64,000 nt of DNA from assembly GCF_965139275.1 (NCBI RefSeq), contig NZ_CBCSLE010000005.1; one strand, given 5' to 3'. This DNA is from Corallococcus exiguus (GTDB lineage: Bacteria > Myxococcota > Myxococcia > Myxococcales > Myxococcaceae). The position numbers and the translations under genes were made by a program. Below the pieces are notes generated by a model. That model was not told where the DNA came from, searched no databases, and saw only the letters and a list, made by a program, of their open reading frames with translations. This document shows positions 18,230-27,800 of this stretch, piece after piece (within the stretch, counting starts at the first letter, position 1; each line of letters begins with the position of its first letter).

Positions 18230-20742
18230 GCCGCGTTCCCTCCACGCACCAGGCGCTGACGCATGAGCAGCTCCGCACCCGGCTGGGCGAGTCGGCGCGC
18301 ATCGTCTTCACCCGGCTGGACGAGGCGCCCACGTGGAATCCGCTCGCGTACGCGGCGCCATCGTCGGTGGACCTGGGGCGGGGACTGCTGGACAGCGTGG
18401 CGCTCGCGCTGCACGTGCTGTGGACGTATCAGCAGGCGTGGGCGGAGGAGGGCTTCCTCGCCACCGCGCGGCTGGAGGACTCCGTCTCCAAGCTGCTCGG
18501 GCACATCGGTTATCGGCCGAGTCCGGGCACCGCGGCGGTGGGGCTCCAGCACTTCCGCTGCAAGGCGAACGTGCGCGGCACGCTGTCGCCGGGAACGGCG
18601 GTGAATTCAGCGGCGGAGGGGGAAGAGACCGCCGCTGTGTTCGAGACGCTCGCGTCGCTGCGCCTGCTGCCGGAACTCAACGAACTGCGTGCGTTCCTGC
18701 CTCCTCTGGTTGGAGCGGGGACAGGAGCTGGAACCGGGACGGAGACGGGCGGAGGAGCGGGAACAGGTGGAGGCACGGGGACGGGTGGTGGGACCGGTGC
18801 GCCTTCCGGCGAGGCGGGTGAGCCAGGGGCTCCGGCTCCCACGGGCGGCATCTTCGGGCCCGGCTCGGTGGTCGCGGGGCTCCAGGATCGCATCGAGGTG
18901 CAGCGCCACGGTCCGCTGGAGGAACGGCAGGTGGCTCGAGCGAAGCAGGATGCTCGCAAGCTGGCGTCGTTGATGAAGACGTTGGACCTGGGCGGGGATG
19001 CGGCGTGCAAGAGCACGCTGGACGCGCTCTGCGAACAACTGTGCGAGGCCCAGAAGGTCGTGGCGCAGGCCGTGCCTCCGCCCGGCCGTCCCGTGGGTGC
19101 GTTGTCCGAGTCGCAGGAGATCCTCGCCCGCCAGCTCCGCAACTTGCAGAAGCGGCAGGCGGACGCACTGGCCGCGTTGGAGGAGGCGCTGGCCCCGTGC
19201 GCGGACGAGGACCCGGCCGTGCACGCGGTCCGGTTGGACAAGATGGTCACGTTCCTGGATGCCTTCGTGAACAGCCTCATCCAGGAGGCGCGGGATCAAC
19301 TCGTCATCCTCAAGGGCAGTGAGGCGCTGAACCGGGCGGACCAGGCCTTCGGCGCGGACGCGGGAGTGGCCCGGCCGTTGGGCGTGGCGGCATCCGGTAC
19401 GGACACGCTCTATCTGCTGCCGCTGACGGATGCCTCCGGGCTCACCTCGCAGGAACCGCCGGTGCGGCCGGGAGACTGGTTCGTGCTGGCCGAGGACGTG
19501 GAGCGTCTGGGCCCCGGAGGCGCGAAGGGCACGGAGCGGATCTACCGCGAAGCACTGCGAGTGCTGCGTGTCCGCACGGAGGTTCCGCCCGGCCAGCGAA
19601 CGCCGATGACGCAGGTGACGTTCCAGCCGCCGCTGTCGCGCGCGTACGCGTTGGACGGCGTGGTGCTGCTGGGAAACAACACGCTCGTCAGCGAGGGCTC
19701 CACGGTGGAGGAGGTCGCCGTGCCTTCGCTGGATCTGCGCACGGTGTCGCTGCTGCATGGGCCGGTGACCTGGCTGCGCGACCCGAGCCGCGCGGGAGGC
19801 CGCCGGCCGGAGGTGTCCCTGACGGTGGGGGGACGCGCGTGGCATCCGGTGGATTCTTTGTTGGACGCCGCGCCTGATGAGCTGGCCTTCGCGGTGGAGT
19901 CGCTGCCGGCCGGGGCCGCGCGGCTGCGCTTCGGGGAAGGGGACCACGGTTCGGCGTTGCCCCTGGGCACGGAGGTGCGGGTCCGCTACCGGGTGGGCAG
20001 AGGGACGGGAGGCAACCGGGCCGCGCTGCGGCTGCTGGCGATGGCGAGCCCGCATCCCTGCGTGGAGAAGACGTTCAACCCGCTGCCGCTGGCCGGAGGA
20101 ACGGATCCGGAGGCACCGGCGCTGGCGCGCGTGCGAGGGCCCGCCACGGTGGGCGCGATGGACCGCGCCGTGTCGCTCTCGGACGTGCAGGCGCTGACGT
20201 TGGTGTTCGACGGCGTGCACCGCGCGAACGTGTTCCGGGATGGCGTGCGCCGCCGTTCGTTGAAGGTGGTGGTGGCCGGGCCGGAAGGAGCAGCCCTGGG
20301 CGCAGCCGATCTGGAAGAACTCCACGCGCATCTGGCGGCACGGGTGGCGCCGAAGGTGGAGCTGAACCTGATCAACCGGCAGCGTGTGGAAGTGCGGCTG
20401 CGGGTGCTGCTGCGCGTGGTGAAGGGGGCTGATCCGGTCGCGGTGCTTCAAGAGACGCGCCTGCGGCTGGGCGTGGACCGAGACCCGGAGCGTGAGCCTG
20501 GTCTGCTGGATCCGGATCGCGTGGAGCTGGGACAGGATCTGCAGCTGTCGGACGTATACGGCGCGCTCGCGGAGATCACGGGCCTGCGCTCGGTGGTGGT
20601 GCAGCGGCTGCATCGCGAAGGCACGCCGCCAGCACTCTTCGAGCGCATCGTCACCGCGCCCGGCGAGCTGCTCGCCTGGGCCCCGCCGTCCGGAGAAAGC
20701 GATGGCGTCGCGCTCACCTACGAGGAGGCCCAGGATCTATGA
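18226..20742 (+). CDS. Second Baseplate_J-family paralog (gp7/Afp12-Pvc12-like), 838 aa, with internal Gly/Thr repeat linker
   Basis: LLDSVALALHVLWTYQQAWAEEGFLATARLEDSVSKLLGHIGYRPSPGTAAVGLQHF is again a Baseplate_J-type motif. GAGTGAGTGTETGGGAGTGGGTGTGGGTGAPSGEAGEPGAP low-complexity linker at approx 19130-19270. ATGA overlap with the previous gene. Confidence 0.65.
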   Translation: MSRVPSTHQALTHEQLRTRLGESARIVFTRLDEAPTWNPLAYAAPSSVDLGRGLLDSVALALHVLWTYQQAWAEEGFLATARLEDSVSKLLGHIGYRPSPGTAAVGLQHFRCKANVRGTLSPGTAVNSAAEGEETAAVFETLASLRLLPELNELRAFLPPLVGAGTGAGTGTETGGGAGTGGGTGTGGGTGAPSGEAGEPGAPAPTGGIFGPGSVVAGLQDRIEVQRHGPLEERQVARAKQDARKLASLMKTLDLGGDAACKSTLDALCEQLCEAQKVVAQAVPPPGRPVGALSESQEILARQLRNLQKRQADALAALEEALAPCADEDPAVHAVRLDKMVTFLDAFVNSLIQEARDQLVILKGSEALNRADQAFGADAGVARPLGVAASGTDTLYLLPLTDASGLTSQEPPVRPGDWFVLAEDVERLGPGGAKGTERIYREALRVLRVRTEVPPGQRTPMTQVTFQPPLSRAYALDGVVLLGNNTLVSEGSTVEEVAVPSLDLRTVSLLHGPVTWLRDPSRAGGRRPEVSLTVGGRAWHPVDSLLDAAPDELAFAVESLPAGAARLRFGEGDHGSALPLGTEVRVRYRVGRGTGGNRAALRLLAMASPHPCVEKTFNPLPLAGGTDPEAPALARVRGPATVGAMDRAVSLSDVQALTLVFDGVHRANVFRDGVRRRSLKVVVAGPEGAALGAADLEELHAHLAARVAPKVELNLINRQRVEVRLRVLLRVVKGADPVAVLQETRLRLGVDRDPEREPGLLDPDRVELGQDLQLSDVYGALAEITGLRSVVVQRLHREGTPPALFERIVTAPGELLAWAPPSGESDGVALTYEEAQDL

Positions 20743-20858
20743 GCCCCGCCTCGACGCGCCCGACCGGCCCCCGCCCCAGGCCCGCGGACATGGGGTCAGT
20801 CTCCGTGGCTGAGAAAGAGGGAACCCTGCGGGGACTCCCGGCTGCGGCGCACCGCATG

Positions 20859-20996
20859 AACCTGTCCGACAGTCGGACAGGATTAAAGGACCCAGGCCGG
20901 GGACCTCCGTGCCAGCCGAGCCGTGAAAACCTGTCCGACAGTCGGACAGGTTTGGAGGACCGAGGCGGGGGACCTCTGCTCCAGCCGAGCAGTGAA
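20859..20996. repeat. Two tandem approx 69-bp repeat units, each starting with the perfect palindrome CCTGTCCGACAGTCGGACAGG (20861-20881 and 20930-20950)
   Basis: Direct comparison: unit 1 aacctgtccgacagtcggacaggattaaaggacccaggccggggacctccgtgccagccgagccgtgaaa; unit 2 aacctgtccgacagtcggacaggtttggaggaccgaggcgggggacctctgctccagccgagcagtgaaa. Lies in the 361-bp intergenic gap inside the CIS operon. Confidence 0.7.
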
Positions 20997-21103
20997 AGTT
21001 GGGACCGTGTCGGGCGGAAGGTGCACGGCACTGATGTTCGGGCGCTTGGCGTGGCGCGTTACGGCGTGGCCGCGACGCTTCCGGTCGTGGAGGGGCAGGC
21101 CCC

Positions 21104-24100
21104 ATGAGCCCTCCTTCTCAGCGGCTGAGCCAGCTCCTCCCGGGTCTCTACTCGGCGCGGGACTTCACGCTCGCGGATCAGCCGCTCCTCAAGCTGCTCG
21201 CCGTGCTGGGCATGGAGCTGGATGCGTTCGCGCGCGCGGTGGATCAGCTCTGGGATGATCATTTCGTGGAGCGTGCGGGTCCGCAGGCGCTGCCGTTGCT
21301 CGCGGAGTTGATGGGCGCACGGCTGATCACCGACGACCCTCGCGTGCAGCGCGGTGTGGTGGCTCGCGCGGTGGCGTGGCGCCGACGGAAGGGCACGCTC
21401 GCGTCGCTGGAGGAGGTGCTCTCCGTCACCAGCCTCTGGGATGCGGAAGTGGACGAGTCCTTCCGTTCGCTGCTGGAGACCCAGGACCTCAACGACTTGC
21501 TGCCCTGGCGCGGCCGCAGCGCGGTGATGTGGGATCCCATCGGCCTCGCGGATCCGCTCACCCGCCGCTCGCCTGGCATCGAGCGTCCCCGCGATGGTGT
21601 CCCGGAGCGTGGCCCGTTCATTGGCATCGCGCCGGGGGAGACGCTGGACCAGGCCTTGCGTCGGCTGGGGAGCGCGGATGCGGGCCGTGTCGCCGCGACG
21701 CCGCGCACGTTGGATCTGCTGGGCTGGGCGCGTCCCGATGTCGCCCTCATCCGCACCGCGCGCTTGACGCTCGTGGAGTTGGAGGAAGTCACCCCGGCCA
21801 CCGTGCTCACGCTGCCCAACGGTTACCGGGGCTTTCGCGTGGATCCACTGGACCGCGATGGTCCCCTGGTTTGGCTCAAGCCTCTGGAGCGCGCGGATCT
21901 CACTGGAGGCCTCACTGCTCGCCATGAGCCCGCGCCTCCGTCGCTCGTCACGGGACGCACGGCGGCGATGCTGCTCACCCCTACCTCGCTGGCCGAGGAC
22001 GCCGACGCCGCTGAACGCGCGGATGCCATCACCATCTCTGTCGACGGCATTCCGCTGGTGGGTCCGGAGTCCCTGCCGCTCCTGCGCGGACCCCTGCCCA
22101 CCGCACCCGTGGGGCCCGCTCCCACGCTGCGCTTCGCGGACCGGGGCAGGCCTTCGCCTGGAGACACCTGGCGACTGACGCTGCTGGCCGCGCGTGAGAA
22201 CTCGGACACGGTGCTCCTGTCCACGGAACTGGTGTCGGACGCACTGAACGCCGTCACCGTCTCGCCGGAAGCGAACCAGCTCCTGGGCGGCACCACGGCG
22301 GCGTTGCTCGTGGAGCGGGTGAGCGGTGAGCCGCGCCTGCGCGACGTGGACGGAACGTGGCGCACCCTCACCGTGGGTCTGCGCCAGGGGCCTCCTCGCA
22401 GCAATGCCATCCGCGTGGACCTGGCCGGTGCGCCGTGGGTCGCTCGCATCGAGCAACACCTCGCGGATGGCAGCCTGCGCCTTGCCCGCTTCGACGCGAG
22501 CGCTGACGGTGCGCCCTGGCAGGTGGCGGAGCTCATCGGCGCGTTGCCTCCAGACGGTCCAGGCATGTCCCTGGCCATCGCTGGTGACGCACTGTTGCTG
22601 GTTGCGCCGGACGGCACGGGGAAGCTGGGCGTGTGGTCGGTGACGGGCCTGGACACCGCGACTCCGACGGGGACGCGGTTGGACACCGCGAGCCCACGGC
22701 AGCCCTCGGCGCGACTGGCTCCCAGCCTGTGCGTGCGCGGCGGCCGGGTCTTCGTCTTCGGCGGTGACCTGGGCGGTGCGCCCACTGGAGACCTCTGGTC
22801 GCTGCCGGTCACGGGCGGACCGTGGCGGCCCCATGCGGTGCGCAACCGCCAGGAGCGCAAGGCCGCGACGCTGCTGAGCACGGCACAAGGACTGATGCTC
22901 GTGGGCGGCGAGGCCGTGACGGGAGAACTGGCCGTGCCGGTGATGCTCTGTGATCCGGCCTCCGCGAGCCCTGTCTGGCGCCCCCTTGCCCCACTGCCCA
23001 TCACCGCGAACCTGCCCGGCACGCTCGTGGCAACCACCACCGCCGACGGCGTGGAGGCGCTCGTCTGGGCGGACACGACGCGTCCTCAACGGATGACGCT
23101 GAAGGCAGGCGAGGATGCCTGGGTCGCCGGACTGCTGGAGGCCTCGGGGACGAACCCGCCGGTTCCGGGCGAAGCGCTGTACGTCGACGGGCGCGTGCTC
23201 CTCACGGATCCGGCGCCGCTGCCCGCGTCGGAGGTCGTCTTCTCACTGGGCGGGCGGGGCTACCTGGCCTTCCTGCCAGAGTTGGCCCTGCTCCCGGATG
23301 AACTCCTGCGTTTCAACGTCGCCAACGACGGCGCCGCGTTCATCGAGCCTCGCGAGGGCCAGCCGCTCCCGCTCGATTCCCGGCCCGGTGGTGCGTACCA
23401 CTCGCGGGATGCTTCCGTGGCCGGCGGTGCGCGGCGCTACTCGGTGCCAGGACGGCTGAGTCGCCACCCGTTCCAGCTGCGCCAGCGAAGCCTGGGCCCG
23501 TGGACGACGCTCGCTCCGAGCATCGCCTCCGGCATCGTCGCGGTGGATCCACGCCTGGGCCGCGTCGTGCTCCAGGACGACGCACCCGTGGGCCGCGTCA
23601 CCGTCTCCGCGCGGGTAGGGCGGGGCGCCTCATTGGGAGCGGGGCTGCTTCCGCCGGACCGCCGTCCGCCCGCCGCGTGGGCGGAGCCGGACTTCCCATT
23701 CATCGATCCGCCGGACCGTCCTGGCGACCGCTCCGGCGCCGGCCTTCCTGTCACCGCGTGGATCTCCCCGGAGCGCGCGGGCGGAGTGCTGGCGGCCGGA
23801 GGCCAGGAGCGGCCCATCGTCGCCACCGTCGCGGATGGACTCCAAGCCGTAGCGCTTCCGGCGCTGGCGACTGGAGGCCAGGCGCGCCCCATCGTCGCAA
23901 GCGGCTCGCCGTCGGTGCTGACAACCGGAGGCCAGGCACCGACGGACATCGTGAACGTCACGGAAGGAAGCCCATCCGGATCACCTCCGGTGCTGGGCCT
24001 CATCGGTTCGCCGCGCCTGGCTCCAGAGCGTCTGTCACAGGGGCTGGACAACGGGCTGTCCCTCTTCGCCGCGGACACGGGCGCGGCGCCCTGCATCGGC

Positions 24101-24874
24101 GCGGACGAGCACGGCCTCTCGTTGGCGCTCTACCCAGGCTTCGGAGGCAGCGCGGCCACGCGCGTGTGGCTCGCGGGTCTGTGGCTCGCGGGACGGCTGG
24201 ATCTGGTGCTCGCTCGGGGGCAAGCGGATCTGCGCTGGTGCAACCTGGGCGTCCCCGGACAGGTGGGCCTGTGGATGCCGGGCGGTGGGCACCAGGACAT
24301 CAGCGCGCGGCGTTCGCTGCCTCCCGCCGACGTGGAGCTGCGCCTCTACGGCTGCATGGTGGGCGCCATCGAACTGCCGCCCTGGGTGCACCTCATCGCC
24401 GCGGGCTGCACCTTCGACGCCGGAGACCGCGACGCCGTCGCCATCCGAGCGGCGGGCGCGACCGTGCGACTGCGGCACTGCACGGTGCTCGGGGCCACGG
24501 AAGCGGGCGTGCTGGAGGCTTCCTCCTGTGCCTTCGCGGGCGAGGTGCGCACGGACCGGCCGGACCTGGGCTGGCTGCGCTACAGCCTCCTCGCACGCGG
24601 CGGACAGCCTCCGGTGTCGCACCAGTCGCGGGTGCACACCGTGTCCTTCCAGTCGAACCGCCAGACGGACCCGGGCTACCTCGTCCTGGGCGACAACAAC
24701 GGCCCCGACGCGCTCCACGCCTCCGAGCGCGGCGGAGTCCCCGGTGCCCACGACGAGCGCTCCGACCACGAGCGCGAACTCTCCGCGCGCACCGACGACA
24801 GCATGCCCATTGGCATCACGCCCTTCCACGCCGACCGCAGCCAGGACGACCTCGTTCGGATGAGCCGACCATGA
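21104..24874 (+). CDS. P2 gpI-like baseplate/fibre-attachment protein N-terminus fused to a long C-terminal extension containing Kelch/galactose-oxidase-type propeller repeats (1256 aa)
   Basis: N-terminus LLPGLYSARDF...LLAVLGMELD...VDQLWDDHFVERAGPQALPLLAELMG...AVAWRRRKGTLASLEEVL matches the Tail_P2_I family (LLPP...RRKGT). Later PSLCVRGGRVFVFGGDLGGAPTGDLWSLPVTGGPWRP is Kelch-like. Confidence 0.65.
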   Translation: MSPPSQRLSQLLPGLYSARDFTLADQPLLKLLAVLGMELDAFARAVDQLWDDHFVERAGPQALPLLAELMGARLITDDPRVQRGVVARAVAWRRRKGTLASLEEVLSVTSLWDAEVDESFRSLLETQDLNDLLPWRGRSAVMWDPIGLADPLTRRSPGIERPRDGVPERGPFIGIAPGETLDQALRRLGSADAGRVAATPRTLDLLGWARPDVALIRTARLTLVELEEVTPATVLTLPNGYRGFRVDPLDRDGPLVWLKPLERADLTGGLTARHEPAPPSLVTGRTAAMLLTPTSLAEDADAAERADAITISVDGIPLVGPESLPLLRGPLPTAPVGPAPTLRFADRGRPSPGDTWRLTLLAARENSDTVLLSTELVSDALNAVTVSPEANQLLGGTTAALLVERVSGEPRLRDVDGTWRTLTVGLRQGPPRSNAIRVDLAGAPWVARIEQHLADGSLRLARFDASADGAPWQVAELIGALPPDGPGMSLAIAGDALLLVAPDGTGKLGVWSVTGLDTATPTGTRLDTASPRQPSARLAPSLCVRGGRVFVFGGDLGGAPTGDLWSLPVTGGPWRPHAVRNRQERKAATLLSTAQGLMLVGGEAVTGELAVPVMLCDPASASPVWRPLAPLPITANLPGTLVATTTADGVEALVWADTTRPQRMTLKAGEDAWVAGLLEASGTNPPVPGEALYVDGRVLLTDPAPLPASEVVFSLGGRGYLAFLPELALLPDELLRFNVANDGAAFIEPREGQPLPLDSRPGGAYHSRDASVAGGARRYSVPGRLSRHPFQLRQRSLGPWTTLAPSIASGIVAVDPRLGRVVLQDDAPVGRVTVSARVGRGASLGAGLLPPDRRPPAAWAEPDFPFIDPPDRPGDRSGAGLPVTAWISPERAGGVLAAGGQERPIVATVADGLQAVALPALATGGQARPIVASGSPSVLTTGGQAPTDIVNVTEGSPSGSPPVLGLIGSPRLAPERLSQGLDNGLSLFAADTGAAPCIGADEHGLSLALYPGFGGSAATRVWLAGLWLAGRLDLVLARGQADLRWCNLGVPGQVGLWMPGGGHQDISARRSLPPADVELRLYGCMVGAIELPPWVHLIAAGCTFDAGDRDAVAIRAAGATVRLRHCTVLGATEAGVLEASSCAFAGEVRTDRPDLGWLRYSLLARGGQPPVSHQSRVHTVSFQSNRQTDPGYLVLGDNNGPDALHASERGGVPGAHDERSDHERELSARTDDSMPIGITPFHADRSQDDLVRMSRP

Positions 24875-27800
24875 CCGTGAAAGCGTACACCTCCAGGTCC
24901 CGCTTCGACGAAGCCCGGCGATTCTCCGGCGTCTATCAGCAGATGGGGCGCATGAGCCTCGACGCTGACTGGAACGAGGAGGTGCGGCTGCGCACCGTGG
25001 ACTCGCGCCGCCGCTCCGCCGACGTCGCCGAGGGCTCGCCCGACGACGGCTTCCGAATCGTCGACACGTACCTGGTGGATCCCATCCGCAACGTGCTCGG
25101 CTGGACGGGGCAGGGCCTGCCCGCGGACGACGAGCGCATCATCCCGCGCGAGCTGCGCCTGGACCGTTACGACTCGGAGACGCTGCCGTTCGTGGTGCGC
25201 AGCCGGGGCCACATCGCGCTGCGCCGCACGCTGCCCGCGCCGTTGGATCTCACGGCAGTGCCTCGCTCGGACAGCACCACCTTCACCGCCTCCGTGCTCG
25301 TCATCGGCCTGCGCTTCGAACGGCCACTCACCGACGATGAGTTCATCGACCTGCGCGTGGTCGTCGCGGACACGGAAGGGAATGAAGCGGTCCTCTCCGC
25401 CGGTCTGGGGCAGCGGCCCACGGGATGGAACGACGTGCGCTTCCCCGTCGCCGCGTTCGCGGGCGTGGACCCGACGAAGCTGAGCTCCTGGGGCGTGCTG
25501 GGCCTGCCGCCCGTGGCCCGCACGTGGGTGGCCGCGCTGCGTGTGGAGGACGCGGCGCTGGGCGCCGATATCATTATTAGGGGTGGTGACGGGACGCTGC
25601 CGGGCGCGGGCCGCATGCTGCTCGACGGCGTGCGCATCTTCCTGGAGCAGGACCTGCGCTACTCCGTGCAGCTGGATCTACCGGAGGCGGATCCGCTGGC
25701 GGCGCTGCCCACGGACGGCTCGCGGCACCACTTCTTCTTCCTCGACTGCTGGGAGCAGACCACCACCCAGTACGACGACGCGTTCCTGGAGGAGCCCGCG
25801 CTGGACGGCCAGGACACCACCGTGCGCCTGCGGCTCGTCACCCAGGTGCGCGCGCTCCAGGGGCTGTCTGACACCGACGCGGAGGTCCTGCCCACGCCCA
25901 CCAGCGGCGCACGCCTCACCACCAACATCCCGAAGGGCGCGCTGCCGGACCGCTTCCCACCAGAGCCGCTGGATCCCTGCCGAGACCGCTGCCTGTCCAC
26001 GGAGAACGCCTCCACGGGCGAGGGCTACACAGGCTCCGACAACCTCCACTTCCGCGTGGAGTTCTTCCGGGGCGGAGCGCAGCCGGTGGTGCTGTGGTCG
26101 CGAGACAACGGCTCCACGGTGCTCCCGCTGACCGCGCCCGCGGCGGCGGATGCGATGACGCTCCAGGTCTCCCCCGCGAGCGCCGCGAAGCTGCGCGCGG
26201 GAGACCTCGTCGTCATCGAAGACCGGGTCACCCGGCTCCAGCCGGAAGGCCCGTCGCTGCCAGTGCTGCGGCGGCTGCGAGGCGTCCAGGCGGACACGGG
26301 CAAGCTGGAGCTGGCGGACGCGAGCACGGTGCTCACCACGGACCCCGTGCCGCTCCCCGTGGGAGGAACGCTGGGCCGGGCCTTCAGTCCGGAGCAGGGC
26401 GCGGTGGTGCGCCGGTGGGACGGCGGCGACCTGGTGGTGCCCAACACGCGCTACCGCTTCGACGATGGCATCACCCTGGCCTTCGGCAACACGGAAGGAC
26501 GCGCGACCGAATACTGGTCCTTCACCGTGCGAGTGCGCGCGGCGGACGGCGCGGCCCGGGGTGAAGTCGAGCAGCTCACGGACGCGCCCGTGCACGGTCC
26601 GGTGCACCACTGCGTGCCCCTGGCGCGAGTGACAGGAGGCGAGACGCGAATCTTCGAGGACCTTCGTCCGCGCTACCTGCCGCTCGCCCAGGTGCGAGAC
26701 AGGTTGGTGGAGCTCTCCGAGCGCGTCATCGGCCCGGGCGTCTTCACGGTGGTCGTGGGCGACGGCGTGCGCAGCTTCGGCGACGTCGACCAGGACCTGC
26801 TCGAAGGCATCACTGGCGACGAGGCGCTCCAGGCGGCGGTGGACCGGATGGGAGGGCAGGGCGGCTCCATCTTCGTGCGAGCCGGCCGCTACAAGCTGGA
26901 GCACCCCGTGCTGCTGCGCAACCTGTCCTCCGTGCACCTCCTGGGCGACGGAGAGGCCACCGAGCTGCGCACCCAGGGCTCCGGCGGAGCCTTCTTCTTG
27001 GACCGCTGCGGCCTGGATGGCGATGTGCGCATCGAGGACCTCAAGCTGGTGGAGGCCCCCTTCGAGGACGTGGTGATTGGCGGAGGCCTCCAGCCCGTGG
27101 TGAAGGCGGTGAAGACGAGCGTGGCCCTGTCGAACGGCCAGCGCTTCGTGCCGCTGGTGGAGGTGGACGACGACCGGGTGCTGGAGGAGGACGACGTGAA
27201 GCACCCGTCCGCCGAAGCCGACTTCGTGGACGTGGTCGTCGACCGCATCAAGGCCATCGTCCCGGGCCAGGGCCGCGCGGCGGGCTCCGTGGTGGCCACC
27301 CTGGTGCAGCTGCGCAAGCTGCAACGCCAGCATCCAGGCCAGCCGCTGGAGGACGTGCCGGAAGCGAAGCCGCTGCTCGACGCGCTGGCGGCGCTGCCTC
27401 ACGGCGTGGTGACGCTGGCGGACTCCAGCGGCGTGACGCTGCGCCGCTGCCACATCCAGGCGAACCAGGCCGGCTCCGAGGCGACAGGCGTGCTGGTGAC
27501 GGGCACCTGCGCTCGCATCGTCATCGACGAGAATCGCGTCGGCGCGGCGACAGGCATCGCGGTGGCGCCGTATGCCCCGTATCTCGCGGAGCGCTTCCTC
27601 GCGTCCTTCCCGCGCGCGGGCCTCTTCGTGGACGCGCTGGCCATCACCAACAACCGGCTCCAGCCGCTGGGGGACGCGACCACGGGCATCCACGTGGCGG
27701 ACGGGCGGCTGGCGGGCGTGGAGGTGCGCGGCAACAGCGTCCAGGGCTTCCAGGTGGGCATCCTGGTGCAGGACCTGGCGGAAGGGGGACTCGCGGGGCC

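Noticed and set aside
20861-20881. LexA/SOS-box reading of the palindrome (CTGT...ACAG ends)
   Set aside because: Spacer is 11-13 nt, not the 8 nt of the classic CTGT-N8-ACAG box. It does not resemble the reported myxobacterial LexA box. A coincidence of palindrome ends.
20714-21107. Three overlapping approx 105-122-aa ORFs on both strands across the repeat-containing intergenic region
   Set aside because: They overlap the tandem palindromic repeats, lack RBS and coupling, and read through repeat units on both strands. More parsimoniously non-coding.
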